A stretch of 64,000 nt of DNA, taken from assembly GCA_002269645.1 (NCBI GenBank), contig NIVC01000168.1, forward strand, positions 661,297 to 725,296, read 5' to 3'. The stretch is from Macrostomum lignano. Taxonomy: Eukaryota. Below are positions 49,201-60,066 of the stretch, piece after piece. The notes below the pieces were generated by a model. The model was not told the DNA's origin and searched no databases. It worked only from the letters and a program-made list of their open reading frames with translations. Position 1 is the first letter of the stretch. Each line of letters starts with the position of its first letter. The translations under genes were made by a program, and so were the position numbers.

Positions 49201-52200
49201 CAGCGCGGTCGCCATCAGCTGGCCCGTGTAGGCGGCCAGAATAAGGGCACTATGTCCATCCTCATCCTGGTAGTTCACGTCAGCACCAGCCAGCAGCAAG
49301 TCTGAAGCGATTTCAAAGTGGCCTTGAATGCTGGCTAAGATAAGCGGTGTTCCACCTCCCTTTCCGATCCAATTGACATCAGCTCCTGCATCAATCAGTA
49401 GAGAAACGATTTCTCTGCGGCCGTTCTGAGCAGCGAGAAGTAACGGAGTTGCGAGTGTGCCATCGACATAGTTCGGATTTGCGTCAGCTTCCAGCAACAG
49501 CTTGACAACAGCCAGGTGACCGGAGTAGGCAGAGTGGGTGAGGGCTGCTCTTCCCATGCAGTCGCATGCGTTAACATCAACACCCTTCTTGATGAGCAGG
49601 TTCAAAACATCGTCACGACCATTGCCAGCCGCAACAATGATTGGTGTGGCGTCACCCTTGCCCACATGCTCGGTGTCTGCTCCAGCCTCAATCAACTGCT
49701 CGGCAATACTCAAATAACCATTCTGAGCAGCGCAAGACAACGCTGAGCCTCCTTCGTTATCCGATGGGCTCACCAACGCCTGAGCCTTCAGTAGTGCGAC
49801 CACTATTCTCTCAAAGCCTAAGAAAGAAGAAATAATTAGTGGAGTATTTCCTTCGTCATCTCTTGTTTCAACATCTGCTTGCGATTTGAGCAGCAATTCA
49901 ACGACATCCGAGTGACCATTCTGAGCAGCAAGATACAACGGAGTTGCTCCTCCTCTACCCCTCGTTTCAATACAGGCTCCAGCATGCAGCAGGTCTCTGC
50001 AGAGCTCCACGTGTCCGATTTGAGCAGCCATTATGAGAGGCGTTGCGTTCTGATAGTCCGGCATATCGACATTGGCTCCGGCCTTGATCAGCACTGCTGC
50101 GGTGTCTCTGTGCCCGCTCTGAGCTGCGAGTCGCAATGGAGTTCCATCATTTCTGCCCTTCCAGTCTACATTCGCACCTGCACACAGCAGGGCATCGCAA
50201 ATCTGCGAGTAGCCGCTCTGAGCTGCGAAAATCAGCGGCGTCGCTCTTTGAAAGTCGGCTGCGTCCACCTCGGCTCCAGAGTGCAGGAGCAGCCGTGTGA
50301 CCTCCAAGTGACCCTCAGCTGCTGCGAAATGAAGAGCCGTCTTTCCCTCGATATTCGTTTTGTTGATCTCTTCCGGCTCGCTGCTCACGATAAACTCCAC
50401 ATCTTGCAGGTTTCCACTCCATGCAGCCTCCATCAGTTGAGTTCTCTGCATTCCTGAGAATAAGTTACTGAGCTGGGTTTGAAGCTCAGAAACCTTCTGC
50501 TTTGGCTCTTCAGCCTGAGGTCCGTACGGTCTGGACCTGAACTTTGGAGCCCGCAAATTGGCGTAAGTCTGCAGACTGACCAGAATCGCGCTGCTTCTGG
50601 TCTCAGCCGCCAAATCAAAAATCGAGTTTCCACTGCTGTCAAAGACGTCGGCCTCTGCTCCGGCCTCGAGCAGCTGCTTCACCACAGCCTCTCGACCTGC
50701 TTGCACAGCGAGCCACAGCGCCGTTCTCCCGAAGCCGTCCCGGTCTTCCAGCAGCTCCTTGGTATGCGCCAACTGGCTGACGATCTCCTCGTGTCCGAGC
50801 TGCGCGGCCATCATCAGCGGTGAGCAGCCGCCTTCGTTGGCGATCCTCGGGTCGGCACCGGCCCGCAGTAGATGAGCGGCGATCTCGCGGTGTCCCTCTT
50901 GACAGGCGAGCAGCAGCGGGCTTGTTGAGTCGTTCTGCAGCAGATTCACATCTGCACCGGCTTCAATCAGGTGAGCAACAACATTTCCGTGCCCGGTCTG
51001 AGCGGCTGCACTCAGAGGCGACGTCCCAAACTCGTCCTGGACGTTGATGCGAGCACCTCGATCCATCAGTAACTTCACGATTGCCTCGTGTCCATTTTGA
51101 GCAGCCATTATCAGAGGTGAAACAGGCTTTTCAGGAATCTCAAGATCTGATCGTTTGCTCATCATCAGAGTGAGCAGTTCCTCTCGGCCGAGCTCGCATG
51201 CTGTGATGACCTGCCAGGTCAGGTCTGCATCGCTTGGTGCGCACTGCAGCACCATCTGCATCAGCTCAAGCTCATCGTCTCTCAAAAATTTCTCCATCAG
51301 TTCGTCGAAGGTTTGCAAATCAAAGAAAGGCGAATCTGTCTTCTGAAGAATCAACCGCGCGACATTCACGTGACTTCCTCGGAGAGCCGCTAGTAGAGCC
51401 GTCTCTACCTGATCGTTCCTAACGTCCAGTGGAGCTGAGACATCAAGTAGAGTGCGCACTACATCTTCATGGCCAGCTCGGGCTGCCAGCACTAGTGGTG
51501 AGTCTCCATCTGCGTCGGTATCGTCAGGATCAAAACCCGCTTGAAGAAGTTGGCGCACTCGGTTCAAACGCCCGATGCTGCCCGCGACGTGCAGCTCCGT
51601 TTGGCCTTTGCTATTTCGTCGGGGCGTAGCCTTTGCTTCTAAAGTTGTAGATTTGTTGGAAATTACTAGTAAAGTACATGTAGCAGTACTTTGGACTCCA
51701 TCTCTTAGTATTATCTCTTCCTACCACCTCCCTATCCGTCCATATTCCCTTCTTCTCATCGCAGCCTTCATCCATTAGTTGTATATTTTCTTTTAATCTT
51801 TATCGAACGCTGCTTAATTAATCATCTGGTATTCCTGCACTTCCTGAATTTACGATACTAGAATATGCACTGCGTACCCGGGGCGCAACGCAGGTGGGAG
51901 TGCAAACAGTTTCGATTCGTCAATGTGAAAGTTTACACACGAGATGACAAATCTTCCCTTTTTTCTTAAGTTGCTTTTTCCCAACGCGTCTTAATTTGGT
52001 GCCAGGTATGTTAAAATTTAGCTTCTGATCAGCAATCTAGTGCCCCCTTCGGGGCGTGCCCAATAAGCAAGGAGCTAAAAATCTTACCAACCACTTTGGA
52101 AAACTTTGGAAAACTGCTTTTGCGGTGGGACGCTTCTATTCTTTATTCTGTACTAGCTGATTCTTCACACAAACGTACAAATTTACACAGAATGAGTTTT

Positions 52201-54810
52201 TTCTGGATGGATTTCACAGAGCTAGCTTCAATTTTCAAGACAGTACTCTGCATAAGTGTGAAACAATTCCTTTGCGTAGCTACTGCTGATAGTTTCCGGA
52301 AAAATCGAGCTTCTTAAACTTTCTTTACATTTATACTTAATAATATATCTAATTCTTATTACTTGCATTTTCTGTCAGTTGCAGAGAGCTATCGAAACTC
52401 GACGTACAGTTTTTGGCACGTTTATGGAGCCGAAAAAAGTCAATTGCCAGTCAAGGTAACTCGAGGCGTTTTCAAATCTTTCTGCCACCCACCCATTCTC
52501 TTAATCTTCAGGATGGAGAATTCATGAAAAACAAGCATCATTATAATCACTCATATAATCACGATACCCGCGAGTGTCAGCAGCCTCCCCTGCCCTCGCT
52601 CTCGAGCTGTTGTCTGTTGCTGGGCGCAGCTCCCCTTTTCCGTCTGCCTGCTCTGCGCTTGTGTGCAGTGTGCAACCCTGCCCCGCCTGCCCAGCCTGCC
52701 CCGCCTGCCCCGCCTGCCCCGCCTGCCCCGCCTGCCCCGCCTGCCCCGCCTGCCCCGCCTGCCCCGCCTGCCCCGCCTGCCCCGCCTGCCCCGCCTGCCC
52801 AGCATGTCCCGCCTGCCCCGCCTGCCTAGCATGTCCCGCCTGCCCCGCCTGCCTAGCATGTCCCGCCTGCCCCGTCTGACAAGTGGCTGATAAGATCGAC
52901 AATCGCTCTTTGTCGATCTTATCAGCCACTTGTTTGCAACCACTCGGCATCTTTGCCTGTGGCTTGCTCTTGGTTCACTCTTTGTCCAACGGTCACTGGT
53001 GTTTTCACTAGTAGCTCTTTGTTTCCCTTGTCACATGATCTTGTCGCATGCGGTCTGAGAGGAGGAAATGCAGCCCGAGAGGAGGGAATACAGCCTGAGG
53101 GGAGGGAATACAGTCCGAGAGGAGGGAATACAGTCTTATAGGAGGGAATACAGTCTGGGAGGAGGGAATACAGCCTGAGAGGAGGGAATACAGTCTGAGA
53201 GGAGGGAATACAGCCTGAGAGGAGGGAATACAGTCATATAGGAGGGAATACAGCCTGAGAGGAGGGAATACAGTCTTATAGGAGGGAATACAGCCTGAGA
53301 GGAGGGAATACAGCCTGAGAGGAGGGAATACAGTCTTATAGGAGGGAATACAGTCTTATAGGAGGGAATACAGTCTTATAGGAGGGAATACAGCCTGAGA
53401 GGAGGGAATACAGCCTGAGAGGAGGGAATACAGCCTGAGAGGAGGGAATACAGCCTGAGAGGAGGGAATACAGTCTTATAGGAGGGAATACAGCCTGAGA
53501 GGAGGGAATACAGTCTTATAGGAGGGAATACAGCCTGAGAGGAGGGAATACAGCCTGAGAGGAGGGAATACAGTCTTATAGGAGGGAATACAGCCTGAGA
53601 GGAGGGAATACAGCCTGAGAGGAGGGAATACAGTCTTATAAGAGGGAATACAGCCTGAGAGGAGGGAATACAGTCTGAGAGGAGGAAATACAGTCTTATA
53701 GGAGGGAATACAGCCTGAGAGGAGGGAATACAGCCTGAGAGGAGGGAATACAGCCTGAGAGGAGGGAATACAGTCTTATAGGAGGGAATACAGTCTGAGA
53801 GGAGGGAATACAGTCTGAGAGGAGGGAATACAGTTTGAGAGGAGGGAATACAGTCTGAGAGGAGGGAATACAGCCTGAGAGGAGGGAATACAGCCTGAGA
53901 GGAGGGAATACAGTCTGAGAGGAGGAAATACAGTCTTATAGGAGGGAATACAGCCTGAGAGGAGGGAATACAGCCTGAGAGGAGGGAATACAGCCTGAGA
54001 GGAGGGAATACAGTCTTAGAGGAGGGAATACAGTCTGAGAGGAGGGAATACAGTGAACAGGCAGTTGTAGAGTGTTCTACCTCCCGTTAAAAAAGGATAA
54101 AAGAAGATAATCGTATAATGCTACTATAAGTAAGTAAGTACACGCATGTGTGCCTAAGCTTTGAATGAATCACGCTACCAGGAAAAGATGTTACCAAAAT
54201 GATACGCCATGAGCCATTTTCCCCTTTTAGCGCAACACGTTGATTGTAATGATGCTATTTTGGATCAAAAAGTTGCCTATAAATACAAGCGGTCCGAAGC
54301 GGACCAGGAGCCAACTCCCGACTCCCGACGAGAGGAGAAGCTCCGAAGAGGAAGCCTTAGGAGGACTTCCTGATCAACCAAGTCAATTGAGATCTTAGGA
54401 GACTATCAGTGGTTTCCGGAGCCATACCTAGAGTGCATAGAGGCACTGCTAGAAGAAGGAGGCTTAATTTAGACCGCAGTTTGGCGCAGGGATCCCATTG
54501 TTAATTCGGAAGCTTCCCATTGGTCCGAGCGACAGAATCCGGCACATCACAGTTTAAGAGAACAGATGTACACAGCCAATGCTCAGATGCTCGTGACCTT
54601 GCGTTTCAAGGGCTTCAACTCTTCCTCCAAATTGAATTGGCACTCTATACTCGTACAAGTTGGCCTCAATACTCTTTGACGTAGACACATCTCATTAAGT
54701 AGCAGCCGCAACAGACTCACCTCGCTCCCCCGGGTCCGAATTCTCATCAGCCTCCATGCTGGAGGACGCCGCTGCCGAGGAGGTGGACTTTTCGTGCTGT
54801 TTCAGTTCTG
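41024..54810 (-). CDS. Giant ankyrin-repeat + cGAS-like receptor (cGLR/Mab-21 nucleotidyltransferase) fusion, about 3400 aa
   Basis: Exons 54810 (or ATG 54757)-54721, 51638-43493, 43271-42880, 42708-41024. Junctions: CGA G|GTGAGT...ACTTTAG|AA (phase 1); CAC AG|GTATGC...TTACTTTACAG|T GCT (phase 2, in frame with MENSED); ACT G|GTAGGT...CATTTTCAG|AA TCA (phase 1). From ATG 54757 the CDS is 10260 nt, or 3419 aa plus stop. The ankyrin-to-NTase junctions are well supported; the first exon is less certain. Confidence 0.8.
43493..51638 (-). CDS. 8.1-kb single exon encoding about 75-80 ankyrin repeats
   Basis: Continuous 33-aa G-x-T-[PA]-L-x-x-A-A-x-x-G-H...LL-x-x-GA-[DN]-V-N repeats over about 2700 aa. 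The frame extends upstream of the track's TTG start ([12 protein letters not shown]) to an acceptor at 51639. Confidence 0.93.
52678..52875. repeat. 9-bp GC-rich repeat (GCCCCGCCT)n
   Basis: Read directly. Confidence 0.93.
52879..52933. other. Perfect 24-bp inverted repeat with 7-nt loop
   Basis: ACAAGTGGCTGATAAGATCGACAA-TCGCTCT-TTGTCGATCTTATCAGCCACTTGT. Confidence 0.95.
53075..54053. repeat. 20-bp minisatellite (GGAGGGAATACAGCCTGAGA)n
   Basis: About 49 copies with CCTGAGA, TCTTATA and TCTGAGA variants. Confidence 0.96.
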
Positions 54811-55866
54811 CTAAAAAGCTGCAATCATTTTATAAAAAAAATTTCAGCTCGTATAAAATGACTTTTAGCAACATTTAATCAAAGTTTAAAACATGAAAAG
54901 ACTTACAGTTTCGGAGACTTTGCAATTTGTAAACTTCACAACCTGAAAAGACCTGAAAACTAAATAAAAATCAAGATGACAACTCAAAAATATCTACTTC
55001 AGCAAACCCAGGAATTGCCTGGCAACACGGTAGTAAGTTTGTCAGTGCAGTGTACACTGTACACTTTAGTGCTGCGTGTGCTAAAATTGTGCAGGGGCAG
55101 AGATATGCAAACTTTTGAGAAACATGTGCAGCATTGTGCAGTGTTTAGTATTGATTACCCAATGCACTGCGCCAGTCTTATCAACTAGATAGGTCATTAA
55201 ATGATTTTAGGGAGATGTAGTCGTGCCAAAATATTGCTGACAGGATTGAAAACATTGAAGGCACTATTGCGCCAGACCGATTGATATATCAGTGCATTAT
55301 ATTTTACAAACGTATAACTGCCTTGAGTTGACGACTTAGACGGGCTTTGAAGTCGATCCTTTAGCATAAAGTTTTGATATTATTAAAATCTTATTACGGC
55401 TGCGTGATTCAATCTGGTCATTTCTTAACATGGGCTCATATCAGCTCAGCAGCAGGGAAATTTAAAAGACTCTGAAACGCGTTTAAAACGGAAATATAAT
55501 TCTACATATTTGGATCTTATTGATCAGCAGTATCGATCATGATACAATGGTTGTTCAACCCAAAAGACAAAAAGGCAGATCAGCATATTTTGGCGCAAAT
55601 AGGCCGAGACAAAATCGGGCGAACTCCTTGCACATCGAATTGATTTTGGCAATACAAGAAAACTTCATAAAAAAGCCGAAAACGAAAAAGCGGCGGCGCC
55701 CAAATTGAAATAGACAGGGGTGTGGGGTGGGATAAGATAAAACAAATGCATGAGCGAGACCCTGGCCCACGCCAGGTGCACCTGTACCGGACGAATGAGC
55801 GAGACGCAGGTGAGGTTTTGAAAACCAGTTAGAGTCACTTACAACACTCAAACTTAGTAAATGACC

Positions 55867-57755
55867 TGTACATGTATGGACGACACAATGCGCTTTGGGC
55901 AGAAACAGAAACATGTAGTATCCATTGCCTTGAGAACTTAAGAATTTTTAAGACGCAAGATCTTCCTGGCCTGGAAAACAGGGAAAAAAAAATTACGAGC
56001 TACCCTTCCCCAAAATCATTACTTCATTCGATTTAGATACAGGCACGGATCAAACATAAATGAGTTACTTGAAACGTACAAGAGTTTTCTCTATGAATAA
56101 CCCGATCTTTTTGCCTTGGTTTTGTTATTCTATTCGAGAGAAGAATTAGTCATTTTTACGATCGATTCATACCTCGATGAGTATTTTTGATGCTTCACAA
56201 ATGCAAGAGACCCAGGTGCTTCAAGGAGTCCCTAAGTGAACACTTCATACAGTTTGTGAATTCGAACACTCGAACTCTGTTCACGCGACTTGGTTGAAGA
56301 GCGTAGAAAGCAACTGTTTCCGACGTTGTAAAATGCAATATGCTCCTTCCTCTGTAAGGCTAAGACTTCAGCACGATATGCAATGTTTCAACATATGCAT
56401 TAGAACGACACTGATAGTGTTTGCATTTCTGGTCTGCATTCTACCGCATGAAAATCTGATAGCCATCTGGTAGATGCTGTACATGTACCTATGTAAGCCC
56501 CAGAAGTTTCAAATGCATAAATGCAACTAGCCCTTAGCATAAGTAAGATTAAGACAAGCATAAATTAAATTCAAATAGTGCCCGTATAGATTAACTTTTT
56601 AAGAAAGTAACAGTACCTTATTTTAGAAATTATTTGTTTTCCTCAGCAACGGAATCAATTAGTTACCAATTGATGCTGCGATCAACATCTGCATCAGTTA
56701 AAATTAGACAGTGTTATTGTTGTGAGCCGCTAGTTGGTGTTAGGCGTCGCACTTGGTCAGCAGTTTCCCTCGCCCTCGCCCTCGCCCTGGGTCGCTGTCT
56801 GCCGCTGGTCAGCTTCCCGCCTTCCCTTTGCCTGCCTGTCTGCTGTCCCCCTTTAACCGTTTTCTGCGCTCTCGTTTGCAGCTACAGACTCCTCTGCGGT
56901 GGTCTGCTCTTGTTTCGCTCTAGTCCTGGGGTCACGCCAGCAGGTCACATGACAGATCTTGTTTCTTGGAATCCTAAAGTGCAGTAAATATGTTTACCGC
57001 ACTCGCTCGCCTGTGTTTACGGGGGAATCACGTGCCTAAGACCCTTCCCTTCTCTAAGGAGAGGGGTGACTCATGTTTCTAAAAATAGACACTGAGTCAC
57101 AGCCTAGTGCACTCTGCCTGGAGACCCCAGTGACGTCAGTTCTAAAAATAGAACAAAGTCACGAAGTCTTGTGCGTTGGGGCAGTGGTGAATCCCGCGCT
57201 ATAAATACAGGCCCCCACCCTTGTTTCCGTCAAGGAGTTTGCCAGTTTGCAGGTTTCCGAAGAGCAGTTTCAAGTTCCAGTGTCCAGTTTCCAGTTTCAG
57301 AGTTCTTCAGTTTAGCTTCACGCCCTGAGCGCCCGTTCTGTGTCTGCTTACACTTAACTCTCTGCTATTAATCTGACTGAGTCCCATCTAAAGCCAACTC
57401 CAAGCCAATAAGATGCTAACACAGCCTTCCCTACCACCCACCAAGCTCGGCAGGATCTGCGGACGAGACGCCTTGTACGTTAAGCTGCAAATCTTCACGT
57501 TGTGCTGAGTTCGCTCGTCTTAGTTATTTCGTCCCGACGGAAACTCACCTCACCGAAGGTGGAGACCCAACGGACTGGTGGCAGCACTACCGACGCTACT
57601 AAGAGCTACGAAGAAGGGTCCCGAGAGAAGAGGCTCGAGACTAAAGACCTACCAGGCCACCCCGAGACAACCACCCAAAAATACTTCATTATCTTCTGTC
57701 GTTTGGGGGGACCCTAGAAGGGGAAATCCCCGACAATCCGGGGGGGTCGTGTACA
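55867..57755 (+). mobile_element. Candidate solo LTR
   Basis: Begins and ends with TGTACA and is flanked by direct GACC (55863-55866, 57756-57759). Internal TATAAATA at 57200; 3' end GGGGGGTCGTGTACA. The left boundary is uncertain. Confidence 0.4.
57029..57207 (+). promoter_or_regulatory. E-box/AP-1/MEF2/CRE/TATA motif cluster
   Basis: CACGTG 57029, TGACTCA 57067, CTAAAAATAG 57079 and 57142, TGAGTCA 57093, TGACGTCA 57131, TATAAATA 57200. Confidence 0.6.
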
Positions 57756-58824
57756 GACCCTAATGCTGCGGTCACCCCAACCTACTCGCGTACGATGCAG
57801 AGTCGGCTGGGACCAGACTGCTCGAGTAGTTCCCGAATGTAGCTGGCACGCGTACGACACTGTTCCCGTTGAGGTGAGACGGACACACGACGCTCCAAAT
57901 CCCAGCTACATGTAGGTCCCAAGTTAGTCAACTCCCCACCAAAAAAACGGACAACGAGGCAACAACAGCTTGCGTGGCGTTGTGCAGCAGCGGAGAACAC
58001 TCGCTCGTATATAGGCGTATACTTTTGGCAGATTACGGCGGTGCAAGGGTAACGCAAGCGCAGAAGGGCAGCCGGGGATCGCCAATGAAACACGGGGTAG
58101 TGCGAACGGGGGGACAAGAGAGCAATCTGGAGCAGGCCGACAAGTTAAAGAAAGTGGCCTGCAGGGGGTCTCAATAGACGGAGCTGCCAGGCCGTGGTGC
58201 ACAGGGGAGGGAAATGAACAGGGGGTAAGAAAACTGGCACTTAGGTAGCCAAAGAACGGCCCAGCCAATCAAACCGAGTCAGATGACAGAATGGTCGAAC
58301 GCGACTCAACCCTTGGCATCCAATCACGCACGAGACGGGGGTAGAAAAGGTAACGCCAATACAACTAGACTGCATTTAGTAGCAGGCATAAGAAGTGTTG
58401 AGAAGTAAAAAATACTAATACACGTAAATAATGGAAATAAAGCCTCAGCTAAACAGGCACCGCGAGGCTGGGGTGCGTGACCAACAGTCTGGACCGGCGA
58501 AGAGAGAGAGAAGCGCAAAAAGGGGGTGACCATACAGCCAGACAGCGCTTAGGGGGTTGGGTGGGGACGACAGTACAGTGCAATTAAGCAGGGGTGGCTA
58601 GACGGAAAACTACAGGTGTGGGAGCATTCACCACACTTTATCTATGGGAATTAATAAATTGTGGAAGTGTAGCTCGCCTAACAAATAGTAGGAAAAATAA
58701 ACGTCAACAAAAACATAAAAAGTAAACTTTGTTTAATTCTAGCCAATGGCTTCTAGCCAATTCTAGCCAACATAATAAATGTTTTTGTTTTCATCTTATA
58801 ATTGGGTAAAATGATCAAATCTGA

Positions 58825-59070
58825 AATGCCAATGCGAGGGACTTCATCTGTGAATGCCCCGACTTTACTCAGGACAGGCTCACCCTAATCGGGCCGAAGC
58901 CGGACCTCTCCGAGGTTTTCAGGCCCTAAAATTTCTGCCAGCTCGTCCGTTACCTATAAGGCTACAGGGGGAGCGACCATCTACCGCCTGGTCTCTTTGG
59001 AGGAGGACTGTGCTGCGGACAATGGTACCATCGGATATCCCTGCTGTCCCTGGTGGCCAGGGGTTGGATG
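58825..59070 (+). mobile_element. Degenerate 3' end of a LINE ORF2 (zinc-knuckle region)
   Basis: Frame 58840 onward reads DFICECPDFTQDRLTLIGPKPDLSEVFRP*NFCQLVRYL*, resembling the H-x-x-x-x-CP-x-F...R C-terminus of non-LTR ORF2, with stops. Confidence 0.45.
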
Positions 59071-59079
59071 CGCTGCTAG

Positions 59080-60066
59080 ATGCGCGCACCGGCACAAGAG
59101 CGCAGCAGCACAAGAGTGCACTGGCAGAGGCGCGCACTTTTGACACGCTGTCAGACTTTGGCGCAAGAGCGCATTATTTACTCGCTAAGGCACGAGCGCG
59201 CACTTCATTTGGCGACTGACTTGATAGTGTAGAAAAATTTTAATCAAAGCTGTAGTGCACAAGGGGTGGTGGGTTAGGGTGTAAACAGAGGTACTTTAGG
59301 CACAGTTGGCACAATTGTAAGCATGTACACTAGTTGAATGGCATGCCATTCAAGCGTTCCGTGACGACTGCATTCGCAGTGAAGACGGTCGGCGCATCAG
59401 ACGGCGCACGAAGAAACAGTCACTGCTGCGATCAACGCGAATTTTTGATGCCTCTAACCTTCTGCGCATTGGTCGCACCGACGAGTTAGCATTTCTCACT
59501 TTGACGTCGCACATTGCTGATGGATTGCTGGATCATCATCAGCAGCCAGACCATGACTTGCAGCCAGACATGCCGGGACACGGCCTGCCCAGTCAGCAGC
59601 AACCAGACATGCCGGGACACGGCCTGCCCAGTCAGCAGCAACCAGGATTTCTGCAGGTGCTCTTTTTTCGACTGATTATTTTACATCTTTGTTCTAACAC
59701 AGGATTCCAGCAGCTGCTCTTTTCCTTTTGACAGCTTTTTATTTTAAATTTAATTTTAATTTTAATTTTTAATTTTAATTCGATTTCCTTCGTACAAATA
59801 CAATTGACTACTTTGTGACAGACGATGGAGCAACTTGACTGCTTTTATTTATTGCATTGCGCGCTTTTGCAACACAGAGCCAGAAGTGCGCGCTTGTGCC
59901 AAACTCTGACAGCGCGCTTATGCCAGCGCGGTCTTGTGATGGTGCGCGCTTATGCCAATGCTGAGCACTTTCTACCGCGCTCTTGTGAAAGTCAAAACGT
60001 GCGCGCTTATGCCTGTGCCAGACTTTGACATAAAATACACAGGCGCGCTTGTGCCGGTGCGCGCTT
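59080..60066. mobile_element. Non-autonomous element with long imperfect GCGC-rich inverted ends (MULE-like)
   Basis: GCGCGCACCGGCACAAGAGCGC near 59080 versus GCGCGCTTGTGCCGGTGCGCGC near 60045. A second inverted pair is CTGTCAGACTTTGGCGCAAG / CTTGTGCCAAACTCTGACAG. Internal open frame 59321-59650 (RRIRRR...DELAFLTLTSH). Confidence 0.45.

Noticed and set aside
43468-51567. Stand-alone 2699-aa ankyrin gene with a TTG start, plus separate 148-aa and 553-aa genes
   Set aside because: The frame extends upstream to a splice acceptor, and canonical phase-matched introns join all three. The NTase motifs are split between the two smaller ORFs.
52522-52950. Collagen-like (GQA)n, (PAP)n and (CPA)n ORFs
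   Set aside because: Translations of a 9-bp GC repeat that is open in all frames.
54190-54500. Possible solo LTR (TGTTACC start, TATAAATA at 54277, PBS-like TGGCGC at 54482)
   Set aside because: No TSD, no second LTR and no gag/pol sequence; insufficient support.
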